Assembly: GCF_001457615.1 (NCBI RefSeq) | Contig: NZ_LN831024.1 | Span: forward strand, 6,120,001-6,152,000 | From: Pseudomonas aeruginosa | GTDB lineage: Bacteria; Pseudomonadota; Gammaproteobacteria; Pseudomonadales; Pseudomonadaceae | Reading direction: 5' to 3' | Length of the DNA: 32,000 nt | Notes under the pieces: model-generated | Seen by the model: only the letters and a program-made list of their open reading frames with translations | Database searches by the model: none | What the model was told of the DNA's origin: nothing | In this document: positions 31,586 to 32,000 of the stretch, in pieces | Layout of the letters: each line of letters begins with the position of its first letter | Numbering within the stretch: position 1 is the first letter of the stretch | Program-made: the position numbers and the translations under genes

Positions 31586-32000
31586 ATGAGCCGTACCCCC
31601 GACACCTGGATCCTCACCGCCGACAGTCCCAGCCTGCTGGGCACCGTCGACGTGGTGACGCGCTACCTCTTCGAGCAGCGCTGCTACGTCACCGAGCACC
31701 ACTCGTTCGACGACCGCCTGGCGCAACGCTTCTTCATCCGCGTGGAGTTCCGCGCCGGCGACGGCTTCGACGAAGCCTCCTTCCGCGCCGGACTGGCCGA
31801 ACGGGTGGCACCGTTCGGCATGCGTACCGAGCTGACCGCGCCGGGCTACCGCAGCCAGGTGGCGATCATGGTTTCCAAGGCCGACCACTGCCTGAACGAC
31901 CTGCTCTACCGCCAGCGCATCGGCCAGTTGCCGATGGACGTGGTGGCGGTGATTTCCAATCACCCGGACCTGGAGCCGCTGGCGCGCTGGCACGGCATTC
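31586..32000 (+). CDS. purU: Formyltetrahydrofolate deformylase, N-terminal part (truncated by window end)
   Basis: ATG at 31586 follows GGAG. MSRTPDTWILTADSPSLLGTVDVVTRYLFEQRCYVTEHHSFDDRLAQRFFIRVEF is the ACT domain, followed by VAIMVSKADHCLNDLLYRQRIGQLPMDVVAVISNHPD, typical of PurU. The frame is open to the window end, so it is not in the ORF track. Confidence 0.9.
   Translation, partial: MSRTPDTWILTADSPSLLGTVDVVTRYLFEQRCYVTEHHSFDDRLAQRFFIRVEFRAGDGFDEASFRAGLAERVAPFGMRTELTAPGYRSQVAIMVSKADHCLNDLLYRQRIGQLPMDVVAVISNHPDLEPLARWHGI

Noticed and set aside
1-32000. Mobile elements, prophage remnants, CRISPR arrays, and tRNA/rRNA genes.
   Set aside because: I recognised no transposase, integrase or Cas-like ORFs, no terminal inverted repeats, no regularly spaced repeat arrays, and no tRNA- or rRNA-like sequence. 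The only repeat families are the short hairpins and the DnaA-box-like motifs reported above.

Overview
High-GC chromosomal segment (coding regions look roughly two-thirds GC). From protein families and gene order I recognise it as the Pseudomonas aeruginosa glycine betaine / dimethylglycine / sarcosine catabolic region, approximately PAO1 PA5390-PA5420. This identification is from memory, no search was run. Gene order: DUF1028-like, RidA-like and flavin monooxygenase genes (minus). cls (minus). A DUF1348 gene (plus). The dgc operon (plus): M19-dipeptidase-like gene, small unknown gene, dgcA, dgcB, ETF alpha-like, ETF beta-like. A six-gene block (plus): DUF2975 membrane protein, YozG-type HTH regulator, two lipoproteins, TIGR02449/ZapB-like coiled coil, ZapA-like. 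A 58-aa ORF and an HdeD/DUF308 gene (minus). The divergent pair gbcA (minus) and gbcB (plus), with a candidate 36-aa membrane ORF after gbcA. An 813-823 aa membrane-anchored hypothetical (minus). ltaA and a lipoprotein gene (minus). glyA1-soxBDAG-purU (plus, purU truncated by the window end). I saw no tRNA, rRNA, CRISPR array, transposase or integrase. The main finding is a 1.37 kb gene-free, reduced-GC region (21443-22811) holding 11 DnaA-box-like 9-mers, one perfect TTATCCACA and mostly co-oriented, plus a 40-bp tract of about 22% GC. This looks like an origin-like, datA-like or DARS-like DnaA-binding locus well away from any dnaA gene. Second, nine CT-arm/GA-arm hairpins (CCCTCTCCC-loop-GGGAGAGGG) sit at seven intercistronic junctions of the dgc and sox operons. 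Smaller observations: a second ZapA / coiled-coil gene pair, two small unlisted ORFs, an M19-like protein with a degenerate metal site, an ETF alpha with a ~95-aa N-terminal extension, and the domain layout of DgcB.
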